Below are positions 19,032 through 20,000 of a stretch of 20,000 bases of DNA, one piece after another (positions within the stretch are counted from its first letter, which is position 1; each line of letters begins with the position of its first letter). Source of the stretch: Chiloscyllium plagiosum. Taxonomy: Eukaryota. Below the pieces are notes generated by a model that did no database searches, was not told the DNA's origin, and was given only the letters and a program-made list of their open reading frames with translations. The position numbers were made by a program, and so were the translations under genes. Where the stretch lies: assembly GCF_004010195.1 (NCBI RefSeq), contig NC_057760.1:1779534-1799533 (forward strand), read 5' to 3'.

Positions 19032-19203
19032 AAGCAGCAGAGATCGAGAGCGCGATGGGAGCCGGGGATAACGGTGGAAAGGCCCACCGCAAGGGGGCTG
19101 AGGCGGAGGAGAAAGAGAAGGATGGCCTTACGGTCTTGACAGGAGATGTGGACCTCTGCCATGAGGATAGGATCTACAGCGACGGCCCTGCTCAGGAAAA
19201 CAG
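19032..19203 (+). CDS. Internal coding exon D (phase 1-2): (E)AAEIESAMGAGDNGGKAHRKGAEAEEKEKDGLTVLTGDVDLCHEDRIYSDGPAQEN
   Basis: Acceptor actgtttcccgtcag|, donor CAG|GTACCA. Purine- and CpG-rich unique sequence. Phase matches exon C. Confidence 0.65.
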
Positions 19204-19221
19204 GTACCAGCCAGTTTGTGT

Positions 19222-19720
19222 GTCATACAGCACTAAAACAGACCCTTCGATCCAGCCAGTCCATGCTGACCGTAATCTCCAACTAAACCAGTCCCACCTG
19301 CCTGCGCATGGCCCATATCACTCCTAACCTTTCTTAATCATCGAACTTATCTCAACGTCTTTTAAACGTTCTATCCGCCACTTCCTCTGGAAGTTCATTC
19401 CACACGCGAACCACTCTCTGTGTGAAATCGTTGCCTCTCATGTCCTTTTTAAAATCTTTCTTCTCTCACCTGCCCCTTCGTCTTCAAATCCCACACCCGA
19501 AGGAAAACACACCTGCCATTCACCCTATCCATGCCCCTCATGGTTTTAAAAACCTCGATAAGGTCACCCCTCGACCTCCTGCGCTCCAGTGAAAAAGATC
19601 TCAGCCTATCCAGCCTCTCCCGATAGCTTAAGTCGTCCTGGCAGCATGTTTTCTGAATCCTCTCCAGCTTCATAATATCCTTCCTATAACAGGGTGGCCT
19701 GAAGTGGACACAGTACTCCA
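19222..19720 (-). mobile_element. CR1 LINE 3' fragment
   Basis: EYCVHFRPPCYRKDIMKLERIQK...SLERRRSRGDLIEVFK. Confidence 0.9.
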
Positions 19721-19805
19721 AAACTGAATTGAATTGAATTTATTGTCATGTGTACCGAGGCACAGTAAAAAGCTTTGTCTTGCGAGCACTGCAGGCAGAT
19801 CATCG

Positions 19806-20000
19806 AGTCATAGAGATGTACAGCATGGAAACGGACCCTTCAGTCCAACCCGTCCACGCCGACCAGATATCCCAACCCAATCTAGTCCCACCTGTCAGCA
19901 CCCAGCCCATATCCCTCCAAACCTTTCCTATTCATATACCCATCCAAATGCCTCTTAAATTTTGCAATTGTACTAGCCTCCACCACTTCCTCTGGCAGCT
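19806..20000 (-). mobile_element. CR1 (HER1-type) 3' end, runs off the window
   Basis: Near-identical to 9517-9710. Confidence 0.9.

Overview
This is eukaryotic genomic DNA, very probably from a shark or other elasmobranch, inferred from recognisable HE1-type tRNA-derived SINEs, their CR1/HER1 partner LINEs and a Deu-domain (SacSINE1-like) SINE. Most of the window is nested, decayed transposon sequence: HE1 SINEs, CR1, an L2/Crack-like LINE, a Rex1/Babar LINE, Penelope-like element (PLE) GIY-YIG fragments and pseudo-LTR hairpins, and two solo-LTR-like elements. There are also several tandem arrays. Most ORFs in the supplied track are repeat artefacts. In the unique sequence are four phase-compatible + strand exons (4811-4930, 5703-5782, 12059-12222, 19032-19203) that splice into a stop-free ~178-codon frame of a protein I do not recognise. 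Other highlights: (1) many short PLE-derived inverted-repeat insertions carry minimal hammerhead-ribozyme cores, best preserved at 16599-16638 and 12686-12713; (2) a tRNA-Leu pseudogene sits between inverted PLE arms; (3) two different SINE families have spawned minisatellites in situ, one with a 200-bp higher-order repeat. Family names come from my recognition of sequence and peptide motifs, not from a database search.
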